A DNA stretch of 62,978 bases, counting the filler, from Basidiobolus meristosporus CBS 931.73 (taxonomy: Eukaryota > Fungi > Basidiobolomycota): the NCBI GenBank assembly GCA_002104905.1. It is 3 parts of 3 records of this genome, joined end to end, with 100 filler letters (N's around TTAATTAATTAA, not from the genome) between each part and the next. Parts side by side here need not be neighbours in the genome. Positions count along the whole stretch, not along the records: positions 1 to 15,231 come from MCFE01001155.1; 2 more parts are not named here. The stretch is one strand, 5' to 3'. A program made the translations under genes and the position numbers. A model generated the notes under the pieces. That model did not search any database. It worked only from the letters and a program-made list of their open reading frames with translations, and was not told the origin of the DNA. Shown here one piece after another: positions 1 through 11,019 of this stretch. The first letter of the stretch is position 1; the number at the start of each line of letters is the position of its first letter.

Positions 1-504
1 CAAGGGTCTCAGAGCCACCCACGGTGTCTCCCTCTCACACAGATCTATTGGTTCCACCGGTCAGAGAACTGTAAGCACACAACTAAGCTTGGTCCATGAC
101 CCATCCCACAGCTAACATCGTTCTGCTATCCAGGATCCTGGAAAAGTGTTCAAGGGCAAGAAGATGCCTGGTAGACTCGGTGGTGACCGCGTGACCGTAC
201 AGAACTTGAAGGTAAGCGAGGCATCGATGGCCGGTATCGTGCCAAGACTAACCCAATCCCTCGCCAGGTGGTCAAAATCGATCTCGGCTTGAATTGTATC
301 TACGTGAAGGGCGCGGTCCCTGGGGTGGATGACGCTTACGTACGCATCCGAGACTCACTCAAGAAGCGCAACGTGGGCAAACTCTTCCCCGCTGGGGCCC
401 AGGTTCCGTTCCCCACCTACATCCCCGGAATCGTTGATCATCCCCGTGAAGTGGTCGCCAAGAGCGGAAAGACCGTCGATCCTTTGGTCCCCGTCTTGGA
501 TTAG
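1..504 (+). CDS. MRPL3: Mitochondrial ribosomal protein uL3m, 3' part (5' end outside window); introns 71-133 and 212-267
   Basis: Spliced translation [68 protein letters not shown] is the conserved L3 C-terminal signature. Both introns have GTAAGC donors, CTAAC branch sites and CAG acceptors. Confidence 0.92.
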
Positions 505-649
505 CCCCATCTCTGCATATAACCTCATTCTCCTTTTCATCATTGGTTTCAACTTCCTAGAAATAAATCTTCATCTGTTATGTCAAGCCAATCCGCCGGA
601 TCCCCACATATATTGCTAAAGGGGCAAAGATCTGGTTGCGAATCTCATG

Positions 650-815
650 TTTACTCCCAAATATTTACATTCACTTGCTTACTAAGAGTAAAGGTTTTGC
701 ACTCCACTATCCTCAGGATTTACTTAGGGTATTGTCTTCAATATGCCAGGTATGCAGATCATGAAGTATTTGAAGTTGTCCAAAAACCCCCAATCCTTGG
801 CACACACTCTTGGGG
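650..815 (+). mobile_element. Strongly decayed LTR fragment of the copia family
   Basis: Aligns by eye to the U3 region of the 350-bp LTR (ggatttactta, gccaggta, aagttgtccaaa, gcacaca). Confidence 0.5.
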
Positions 816-899
816 TTATTATTGTTGAGAAATCTTCTTAACATACCAATGCTGGCCCAAAATCCATTTGCTGGTTTGAACCCAGGATAATGCTTATGG

Positions 900-1503
900 C
901 ATTGTAACAGTTTTGGAGACATTGGAAGTGATTGGGAGAACAAGTGGATTATGTGGTTTTCACTTGATGGTCTATTGAACGTGAAAGTAGTATTTATACT
1001 TTTACAGGGTCTTGGCAAAATAAACATGTTGAATATGCTTAGGAAGGTCCCAAGATCATGTGTGCACAGTGTGGGGCAGTTTGGACAACTTTAAGAATTC
1101 TCATGTTCTGGATACTTGCTGTTTTGGCATAAATATTCTACAACACTCCCACTCAGCTAAATATTCAGATTGACTAATCCTGATTGTGATCTAAGATATT
1201 CAAATTTGTCTCTAGCCAATGGTTTGGTAAATATGTCTGCAATCATTTCATCTGAGGGACAGTAAGCTAAGTTAACAAAGTTATTCTCTTGAGCTTCATG
1301 TATGAGCTGATGTCTGATATCTGTGTGCATATTTCTAGCATGAAAAGTTGGATTTCTACCTAAATGTATTCATCCTTGATTATCCTGAAATAATGTAGTA
1401 AAAACTTTTTGAAATAACCCCAAGTCTTAAAAATGCTTTCCTAGCCACATTGATTCTTTTAAGCTTCACAGGCTGCCATATACTCTGCCTCTGTGGTAAA
1501 AAG
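900..1503 (-). mobile_element. 3' end of an old copia copy: RNase H remnant, PPT and internally deleted 3' LTR
   Basis: The minus strand encodes an [10 protein letters not shown]...ADIFTKPLARDKFE-like remnant, then agctgagtgggag PPT and a TGTTG LTR start at 1145. About 100 bp of U3 is missing at 1140/1141. Confidence 0.85.
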
Positions 1504-1847
1504 TGTTGCAAAAATTTGTAATTCAATCTAAATATTCACCTAACTTAGTTACTTAGATCATTGCCTACAAATCTTAAAGAAAACTGACCAAACTCCTTGC
1601 TGGGACTCACTAAGAAAATGTATCTGAGACAAAAATTCTTTACTACAAAGATGCAGCCAGGAGAACAAATGAAAAATCTAATTAACAGAATTACCCAGCT
1701 GGTAGATAAAATGGAATTTGTGGGTGTACCAACTACTGATGAGAATGTGATAGTTACCATCCTGAATAGCCTGACAGACAAGTTTCAGGGCCTTGTATCA
1801 GCCCTAGAGTCCAGAGCTGAAGATTTGACCTTAAATTACATGTATGG
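1504..1847 (+). mobile_element. Truncated LTR start fused to a gag fragment, inserted into the older copy
   Basis: tgttgcaaaaatttgta at 1504 interrupts the RNase H remnant; from about 1607 the frame reads KKMYLRQKFFTTKM...EDLTLNY (gag). Confidence 0.75.
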
Positions 1848-3330
1848 TGTGGCAAAAATTTGTATTTCCACCTAAATATTCACCTAACTTAGTCACTTAG
1901 ATCATTACCTTCAAATCCTAGAAAATACTGACCAAGTCCCTTGTTGGGATTTACTTAGAATATTTTCACCAAAATACCAGGCACCCAGAACATGAAAATT
2001 CTCAAAGTTGCCCAAACAGCCCCAAACTTTGCACACATGCTCTTGGGACCTTCCTTAACCTATTCTATGTGTTTGTCTTGCCAAGACCAGGTAAAAGTAT
2101 AAATACTACTTTTACATTCAATAAATCATTAAGTAAAAACCACATAATCTACTTGTTCTCCCAATCACTTCCAATATCTTGAAGACTCTTACGGCAGGTT
2201 ATGAGCCCTGAGCTGTCACTCTCTGCAATGTCTACTACTGCTATTACTGGAATTTTTCCCTCTGCTGAAAAGTTGGATGGATCCAACTACCAAGTGTGGA
2301 AGGTGAAGATGAAGATGCTGCTACAAGAAAGAGGCCTTTGGGATATTGTCATGGGAGAGGAAGCCTTAAAGTACCAGAAGAAAGAACAAAGTGCCTTTAA
2401 CTGCATATGCCTTAATGTTAAAGACAAATTGCTAATTCAATGCTCAAGAGCAAAAACAGCAAAGAATGCCTGGAAGGCATTAGAATACACCTCCAGTCAT
2501 GTTCAGCTGCTAAGAAAATGTATCTGAGAAAGAAATTCTTTACTACAAAGATGCTGCCAGGAGAAGAAATGAAAAGTCTAGTCAACAGAATTACCCTGCT
2601 GGTAGATGAGATGGAATCTGTGGGCGTACCAACTACTGATGAGGATGTGATAGTAACCATCCTGAATAGCCTGACAGACAGGTTTCAGGGCTTTGTATCA
2701 GCCCTAGAGTCCAGAACTGAGGATTTGACCTTAAATTATGTGTATGGAAGGCTCCTGGTTGAAGAATTAAGAAAATCAAATGCCAATAAGAAGGAAAAAG
2801 AAAATGCTTTAACAAGCAATGATAACCAACACAGGAGATGCCCAAGACCTTTCAAAGGCAATAGTAACCTGTTTTGTAACTACTGAAAAAGAAAAGGACA
2901 CACATCTGACCAGTGCTTCAAAAAGAGAGATAGTCAGCAGAAAAAGCCTGAATATAGAAATGCTGCAACAACTGAAGATAGACTATTCATATCTGCACTA
3001 AATGTGACCACAAATAAGGATTCTCAGACGTGGTATATTGACTCTGGAGCATCTCAACACTTTGCACACCAAAAAGAACTTCTCACCCAATATTTAGAAA
3101 TTCTAATTGAGAAGGTTTTCATGGGTGACAATGGAACACTTGATGCAGTGGGAGAAGGAACTATCCAAGTAAACCTAAGAAGCAGTGAAGGAAGCCATAC
3201 ACTGACCTTTAAAGAAGTACTCTATGTACCAGAAATAGCCAAGAACCTACTATCTGTATGCAAGGCCACAGCAAAAGGACTCAGTTTCAGCTTTGACAAT
3301 TCTTGATGTAGGATCACCAATCAAAATGCT
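1848..3330 (+). mobile_element. 5'-intact, 3'-truncated degenerate copia copy (5' LTR 1848-2196, PBS, broken gag-protease)
   Basis: LTR tgtggcaaaaatttg...tcttacggca, PBS ggttatgagccc at 2197. Gag/PR is split over ORFs 2201-2527, 2440-2886 and 3004-3306 (WYIDSGASQH). Confidence 0.9.
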
Positions 3331-3339
3331 GTGCATTTT

Positions 3340-4947
3340 CCCTATGGAAAATAATTTGGTCCCACAGGTGGATCCAATCTAGATCAGCTGTCAGGGTCCT
3401 TTTTAGAGGCTGTCATAATACCAGCAGCTTGGAAATAGTGACCCTCTTAACAATCTTATAATGGGACCATAATGGTGTTTTGCTAATTTTACTACAAAAT
3501 AAAGGGATAAAACTTGACAAGATTTGATTAGTGCTGTGACAATAATTGCATGGTATTGTTGCGGTCTTTTTGTGCTACACAACTATTTTAAGTGGATCCA
3601 ACCAGCCAGGACATTCATTGCCTTATATGGCAAGAAACTTAACTGTATTTTGATGGCCTCACAGCAAGACTCTGATGGCATTATAGTGAAAGTATGATGG
3701 CCTACAGCTGGTTCTGTATAATGCTACTGTACCAATTTACCAAATGGTATTTCCTTTTTCTACCTCCCCTTGTGCAACTCATGTATTCCACTGTAGAATC
3801 ATCCCTCTTTATTTGCTTACCCACTACTACCTTGAGTATTCAACATATAGTTTGAATCAAAAAAAAAACTATGGCCTCCTGCTTACCAGCCTCTACAAAT
3901 GTGCACACCTGCCACAATTGACATACTTCTATCAACATAACTTTACGGCTTCTTAGTGTGATACTTGCTTAGTTGCCATATACCTTGTATTGCTGGTAAC
4001 ATATACATCTTGCAAACATATGCTTAGTTGTTGCCACTTCTGCCATGAATACCTTCTGAATATCTGCAAAGAACTTCTTGGTATTTAGCCAACTTATTCC
4101 TACTCCCTGCTGGATTCTAGTCCCCCTTAGAGTTGCGCTCTGGCTTTTATTTGTGTGAATTCTGTATTTAATGGTATAGAAGTTGGCTTGTGACCAAGAG
4201 AAATCCAGCATACCTCAGTAGAGTTTTCCTAATAAGAATTTGTTGCTTGTTGCACCCAACCCAACTTTTCATTACTTAACTGATTACCCACACATTGGGG
4301 CTGCTTAGCTTCTTAATGCCATAGGCATAGGTGTATCCATGTGTACATTTGTCCTCAGTATTTTCCAACTCTTCCCGGCTGTCCTCCATGTGCTAACTCA
4401 TCACATCCATGACAGACTTGAAGGTAATATTCTTGATGAGATTGGGATATGGTAGCACCTGCTACTTGACTTGTCTTCCTATCTCTCCACACATCTGCTC
4501 CATAGGAAACTCCCAAAAGGTGAAGCAAGGCCCAATATTCTCCACACACCATGCAAGATGGAGAAGAGAATGGATACAGTAGCAACAGAGATCTACATGT
4601 TCAGCTTTATGTTTGTGGTATAGCTGCTAGATCCCCATCACAAACTCCTTGCACAACAGCTGTAGATGCATTAAGTTGGCATTGATGATCCACTTCTGGA
4701 TAAATATTCCTACAATGTCCACATATGACTCCCAATGCTTCCAATGTATTCTTGGTAGGAATGTCTTCAGAATACCACTTGAATAAATGCATATCCAGTT
4801 CATCCAGTCTTTACATTTGTATTGCCACTCATATATGAATATTAATTGGAGCCAGTGAGAAGTACTTAGGGTAGTTGATAATCTATAATATCTTGCCAAT
4901 TCTTTCAAATTTCTCTGGTATCTTGAAAGGCTCATTTAGCTTGAAAC
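3340..4947. repeat. Unclassified decayed repeat-like DNA
   Basis: AT-rich, almost CpG-free, no long ORF, embedded among TE copies; family not recognised. Confidence 0.3.
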
Positions 4948-7900
4948 TGTTGTAAGAGTCTTGGAGATACTGGAAGTGATTTGGAGAACAAGTAAATTAT
5001 GTGGTATTCACTTAATGATTTATTGAATGTAAAAGTAGCATTTATACTTTTACCTGGTCTTGGCATTACAAACATGTAGAGTAGGTTAAGGAAGGTCCCA
5101 AGAGCATGTGTGCAAAGTTTGGGCTGTTTGGACAACTTTGAGAATTTTCATATTCTGGGTACCTGGTATTTTGGTGAAAATATTTTAAGTAAATCCTGAC
5201 AAGGAATTTGGTCAGTATACTGTAGGGTTTGAGGGTGTTAATCTAAGTGACTAAGTTAGGTGAATATTTAGGTGGAAATACAAACTTTTACAACACTCCC
5301 ACTCAGCTAAATGTTCATACTGACTAGTCCTAATTTTGACCTAAGTTATTCAAACTTGTCTCTAGCTAATGGTTTGGAAAATATGTCCGCAATCATTTCA
5401 TCTGTAGGACAGTAAGCTAAGCTAACTAAGTTATTCTCTATAGCTTCACATATGAAATGATGTCTAATATCTATGAGCTTAGTACTAGCATGAAAAGTTA
5501 GATTTCTACCTAATTGTATACATCCTTGATTATCTTGAAATAAAGTAATAGGCATTTTTTGACATAGGCCTAAATCTGTATAAAGCTTTCTTAATCACAT
5601 TGCTTCTTTTGTAGCTTCACAGGCTGCCATATACTCTGCCTCTGAGGTGGAAAGTGCTACGGTTGGTTGCTTTCTTGAATTCCATGAAATTGCTCCATTA
5701 CAGTAAAGAAAGGTGTATCATGTAGTGGATCTTCTGTCTTCTAAATTTTGTCCCCAATCAGCATCAGGATATCCCACAAGATCCTGTTCTGAGTCCTTAT
5801 AAGTGTATCTTAAGCAGATATCAGCAGTTCCTTTTAGGTATCTAAAAATCCGCTTAACTGCTGCAATCTGATCAGATCCATAATTCTGATTATATTGGCT
5901 GACAACACCCACTAAACATGAGATATCTGGACGTGTTCCAAGCATGATATACATCAGACTGCTGACCATAGATTGATAGAAAAAGTCAGGGCTTTCAGAT
6001 GGCACCAAGCTCTCTTGATTTGGTTGAGTTTTGACCAAGTTAAGGTTTGTCTCCATTGGGGTAGCTGCCGGTTTACAGTCTTCCATTTGGTACTTCTTTA
6101 GTATATCTTGAATATACTTGGATTGGCTTAGGGTGATAGTCTGGGTACTTCTGTCTATGGAGAACTTAATCCCTAAGTAGTAACTAAGTTCTCCTAAATC
6201 AGACATCTTGAACTCCTTAGATAAGCTGGATTTAGTCTCTTCCAAAATTTCTAGGTTATTGGTGGCTATAATAAGATCATCCACATATAGAGCTAATAAA
6301 ACTGGACTTGCTCTATATGGCTTCTAGTATATACTATTGTCAGCATTACTCCTTTTGAAACTCAAAGATTTCAAATAAGAACCTATCTTGCAATTCCAGG
6401 CTCTTGGTGATTGTTTGAGACCATATAGTGACTTTTTGAGCTTGCAGACCAAATGGGGGTTATCTTGGTCAACAAACCCATCAGGCTGGTCCATATACAT
6501 GTCCTCATCAAGTTCTCCATTCAAAAATGCAGTTTTACATACATTTGATGAATAAAAAACTTATATTTGGCTGCAATAGCCAATATTAATCTGATGGAAT
6601 TAAACTTGGCTACTGGTGCAAAGGTCTCAGTATAGTCAAGTCCTTTTGTTTGAGAGTATCCTCTGGCTACAAGTCTTGCTTTGTATCTTTCAATTGTACC
6701 ATCAGCCTTGTATTTTGTCTTGAAGTCCCATCTGCATCCACTTGATTTTTGGCTGATTGGTAATTTGACTAGGTCCCAAGTTTGATTTTCCATCAGGGCC
6801 TGATATTCCTCAGTCATTGGAGATCTCCAAAGCTTTGTCTGAGGGCTATTTAGGGCCTCTTTTACAGTCTGGGGTTCATCAATATGGACTGAATAGGCAT
6901 AGGCTAAGTTTATACCCTCATTGATATAGTAATTTGGGCTATTTCTTGTCCAATTGATCTCCAGGCATTTGATACTGGAATGATCACTTCTGGGATATTC
7001 CTGGGCTCTGATTCTGGCTGAACCATGGTTGAGGAGTCCTATGGAGTGAAAAAATTTTCTTTGTCTTGCTCTGATTGAATCCTGACAATTGGTGGACTTG
7101 AGATCAATATTTTTGTCATCATCTGATGTTTTTTTTTGTGAAAATTTTGAATTTTCATCAAACAACACATCCCTGGACTTGATCAGCTTCTATGCTCTGG
7201 TATTGTAGAGTCTGTATGCCTTACTCTCATTGCAGTAGCCCAAAAATATGCATTTTACACTTTTTGGCTCAAATTTTGACTGATATCCGGCCAGTTTTTT
7301 GGCATATGCTGTACACCCAAATATTCTGAGATGTTCTGCACTTGGTCTGTATCCATACCATGCTTCAAGTGGAGTAGAATCACAAAGTATTCTGTTATAA
7401 CTCCTATTTTTAAGGTATACAGCAGTGCCAACTGATTCCACCCAATAATCATAGGTTAATTTTTGATCATGGATCATAGATCTTGCCATATCTATTATTG
7501 ATTTGTTAGCATGTTCTGCTACTCCATTTTGGTGTGGGGAGCATGTTACAGTAGTCTCTTGCTTTATCCCATGAATTTTGCAGAAGTGGATGAAGAATTT
7601 TGAGGTACATTCTCCACCATTGTCAGAGCGTATTTTCTTGATTTTTTCACCAGTTTCTCTCTCCACCATGGCGTTAAACTCCCTGAGCTTAGCCAGAGCT
7701 TCTTCCTTTCTCTCCATGAAGTAGACCCCTGTGTATCTTGTATAATCATCAATAACAGTGATTAAATACTTCATCCTGCCTAAGGATAAATTTTGCATAG
7801 GCCCACACGGATCTGAGTGAGTTAGCTCTAATTTTTTCCTAGTTTTGATTGACCCAAAGCTCTTGAACAGTTGTCTGGTGTGTTTCCCATATATACAGGC

Positions 7901-9627
7901 TTCACAGTGCTCCAAACTAGCTGGGGGATCAATTTTCACTCCAGAAATTAGCTGATCTTTGATCATTTTGCGCAAATAATCAAAATTGATGTACCCAAAT
8001 CTCCTGTGCCAAAGCATTGGTGTTTCTTCACTTAATTTACTTATATTGGCTTCCAGATATGATGGAATATAAGTCAACTTGTATAGATTCTGATCTCTGA
8101 TGCCCAAAGCAATATGAGCACCATTTTGATCAGTGATCCTGCAACCAGAAATGTCAAAACTGAAACTGAGTCCTTCTGCAGTGGCCGTGCTTACTGAAAG
8201 TAGGTTCTTGGCTATTTCTGATACATGGAGTACTCCTTTAAAGGTCAGTGTATGGCTTTCTTCACTGCTTCTTAGGTTTACTTGGATAGTTCCTTCTCCC
8301 ACTACATCAAATGTTCTATTGTCACCCATGAAAACCTTCTTAATTGGAATTTCTTGATATTGGGTAAAAAGTTCTTTTTGGTGTGTAAGGTGTTGAGATG
8401 CTCCAGAGTCAATATACCACATCTGAGAACCCTTGTTTGTGGTAATATTTAGTGCTGATATGAATAGTCTATCTTCAGTTGTTGCAGTATTTCCATATTC
8501 AGGCTTCTTTTGCTGATTATCTTTCTTTTTGAGACACTGGTCTGATGTGTGTCCTTTCCTTTTGCAGTAGTTACAAAACAGGTTGCTGTTGCATTTGTAG
8601 GGTCTTGGATACCTCCTTTTTTAGTTATCATTGCTTATTAAAGCATTTTCTTCTTCCTTCTTATTGGCGCTTGATTTTCTTAATTCTTCATCCAGGAGCC
8701 TTCCATATACACAATTTAAGGTCAAATCTTCACTTCTGGACTCTAAGGCTGATACAAGGCCCTGAAACTTGTCTGTCAGGCTATTCAGGATGGTTACTCT
8801 CACATCCTCATCAGTAGTTGGTACACCCACAGATTCCATCTCATCCACCAGCAGGGTAATTCTGTTAATTAGATTTTTCATTTCTTCTTGTGGCAGCATC
8901 TTTGTAGTAAGGAATTTTTGCCTCAGATACATTTTCTTAGCAGCTGAACATGACTGGTAGGTGTCATCTAATGCCTTCCAGGTATTCTTTGTTGTTTTTG
9001 CTCTTGAGCATTGAATTAGCAATTTGTCCTTAACATTAAGGCAAATGCAGTTAAAGGCACTTTGTTCTTTCTTCTGGTACTTCAAGGCTTCCTCTCCCAT
9101 GTTTTTAGGAGGGTATTCTTCTCCCATGACAGTATCCCAAAGGCCTCTTTCTTGCAGCAGCATCTTCATCTTCACCTTCCACGCTTGGTAGTTAGATCAA
9201 TCCAACTATTCAGCAGAGGGCAAATTTGAGTAATAGCAGTAGTAGACATTGCAGAGAGTGACAGCTTGGGGCTCATAACCTGTTGTAAGAGTCTTGGAGA
9301 TATTGGAAGTGATTTTGACAATAAGTAGACTCTGTGGTATTCACTTAATGATTATTGAATGTAAAAGTAGTATTTATACTTTTACCTGGCCTTGGCATTA
9401 CAAACATGTAGAGTAGGCTAAGGAAGGTCCCTAGAACATGTGTGCAAAGTGTGGGGCTGTTTGGACAACTTTGAGAATTTTCATGTTCTGGGTACCAGGT
9501 ATTTTGGTGAAATATTCTAAGTAAATCCCAACAAGAAGTTTGGTCAGTATTCTCTAGGATATGAAGGTAATAATCTAAGTGACTAAGTTATGTGAATATT
9601 TAGGTGGAAATACAAACTTTTACAACA
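4948..9627 (-). mobile_element. Full-length degenerate Ty1/copia element (LTRs 4948-5295 and 9281-9627; near-TSD gaaac/aaaac)
   Basis: Both LTRs, PBS (9269-9280), PPT, and gag, PR-IN, RT and RH fragments in order (ORFs 8621-9175, 7190-8422, 6521-7168, 5718-6284, 5346-5555) with stops and frameshifts. I counted about 31 differences between the LTRs (about 9%). Confidence 0.95.
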
Positions 9628-9635
9628 AAAACAAC

Positions 9636-10425
9636 TGTAAACTCCACCAGCAGGGACTTGACAACAATGCAGCTGTGGTCAATAGTCACAAGGACAGAAA
9701 GGTATCTTTGCCTGTGCAAGAACAAACTTGGGAAAGAATCAAATATAATAAAAGATACCTACTCTGAGTATTCCTCACAAGTAGTGCCTCCAGGGTCAGT
9801 TGGCTGTCAGCATGGTTTCTTGGGAGTTTCCTGTGGTCTGGGGTTGGAAGTTCAAGTAGCAGCAGGTAGCAGTGATCACATTAATCAATAAGTTGGTATG
9901 TTGATAAAAGGGATGATGATTTATTGTTGAGGGATGGCCTCCCTTATATACTTCTCTTACTGGCTAAGTGACTACTAATCACGGTGTTCCAGAAGGTTCC
10001 GGATATCAATAGAAATCTTAATGACATCAGAATGACCTAAGAATGCTCTAAGTAGGTGTGGGAAGGTTCTAAGAGGCACAGCACATCTAACCAATCAGGA
10101 ATCACTAATCTGAAACCTGTGTAACATAGGGATACCATATATGGTATGGAAATGGTAGGGATGGTGACATGGGTTGATCATGTGTCACAGATACTGGCAC
10201 AAGTACTTGCCTAATATAAAAGCACTTATAACTAGTAATCTTACATAAAGTGAGGGATAACTTATGTAATAGGGTTAGCAGGTGTGATAGTCAACTGGCT
10301 TATGGGATAGTACTGATCAGGTAAGACAAATGGGATAAAACTAAATTAAGTGTGGTAGAGATAGGGAAGTAGAAAATATGGGAATGAGCACATCTGTCAG
10401 TGGGTGTCACTGTCACCCCACTACA
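9636..10425 (-). mobile_element. Putative about 790-bp LTR of a second, unrelated retroelement family
   Basis: Minus strand TGTAG...TTTACA termini, TATATAA followed by AATAAA, 11-bp subrepeats at 10020-10052, CpG depletion. No TSD or clear PBS found. Confidence 0.35.
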
Positions 10426-10657
10426 CCGCCATTACTGATATTAGTAGAAGCACACCACTTCTTTAGCCACAACATTACATCATTCACCAGTAGATGGATT
10501 ACTGGGCTCACTTGGCTCCATAAAGTATCCTTAGCATTTGTTTCAACAGGTGTTGTCTCATTGCCTATAGGGATTTGACTGGGCTCATACATGGTACTGT
10601 TGTTAGGGGAGATAGGCTCAAAATCCATCAGTATACCAACTTTGTTAGAGCTCTCAC

Positions 10658-11007
10658 TGTTGTAAAAATTCGTATTTTCCACCTAAATATTCACCTAACT
10701 TAGTCACTTAGATCATCACCTTCAAATCCTAGAGAATACTGACCAAATTCCTTGTCGGGATTTACTTAGAATATTTTCACCAAAATACCAGGTACCCAGA
10801 ACATGAAAATTCTCAAAGTTGTCCAAACAGCCCCAAACTTTGCACACATGTTCTTGGGACCTTCCTTAACCTATTCTACGTGTTTGTAATGCCAAGACCA
10901 TGTAAAAGTATAAATACTACTTTTACATTCAATAAATCATTAAGTGAAAACCACATAATCTACTTGTTCTCCAAATCACTTCCAATATCTCCAAGACTCT
11001 TACAACA
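10658..11007 (+). repeat. 5' LTR (350 bp, TGTTGTAA...TTACAACA)
   Basis: 8-bp terminal inverted repeat; TATAAATA at about 10908 and AATAAA at about 10931. Confidence 0.95.
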
Positions 11008-11019
11008 GGTTATGAGCCC
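11008..11019 (+). promoter_or_regulatory. Primer-binding site complementary to the initiator tRNA-Met anticodon arm (half-tRNA priming)
   Basis: GGTTATGAGCCC is the reverse complement of GGGCTCATAACC (tRNA-iMet anticodon stem-loop), directly after the LTR CA, as in Ty5 and Drosophila copia. Confidence 0.9.

Noticed and set aside
10880-11011. 44-codon N-terminal extension of gag-pol inside the LTR (MFVMPRPCKS...)
   Set aside because: It begins upstream of the LTR TATA box and is broken by a stop or frameshift in the LTRs at 1848 and 9281; an open frame in other copies is explained by common descent.
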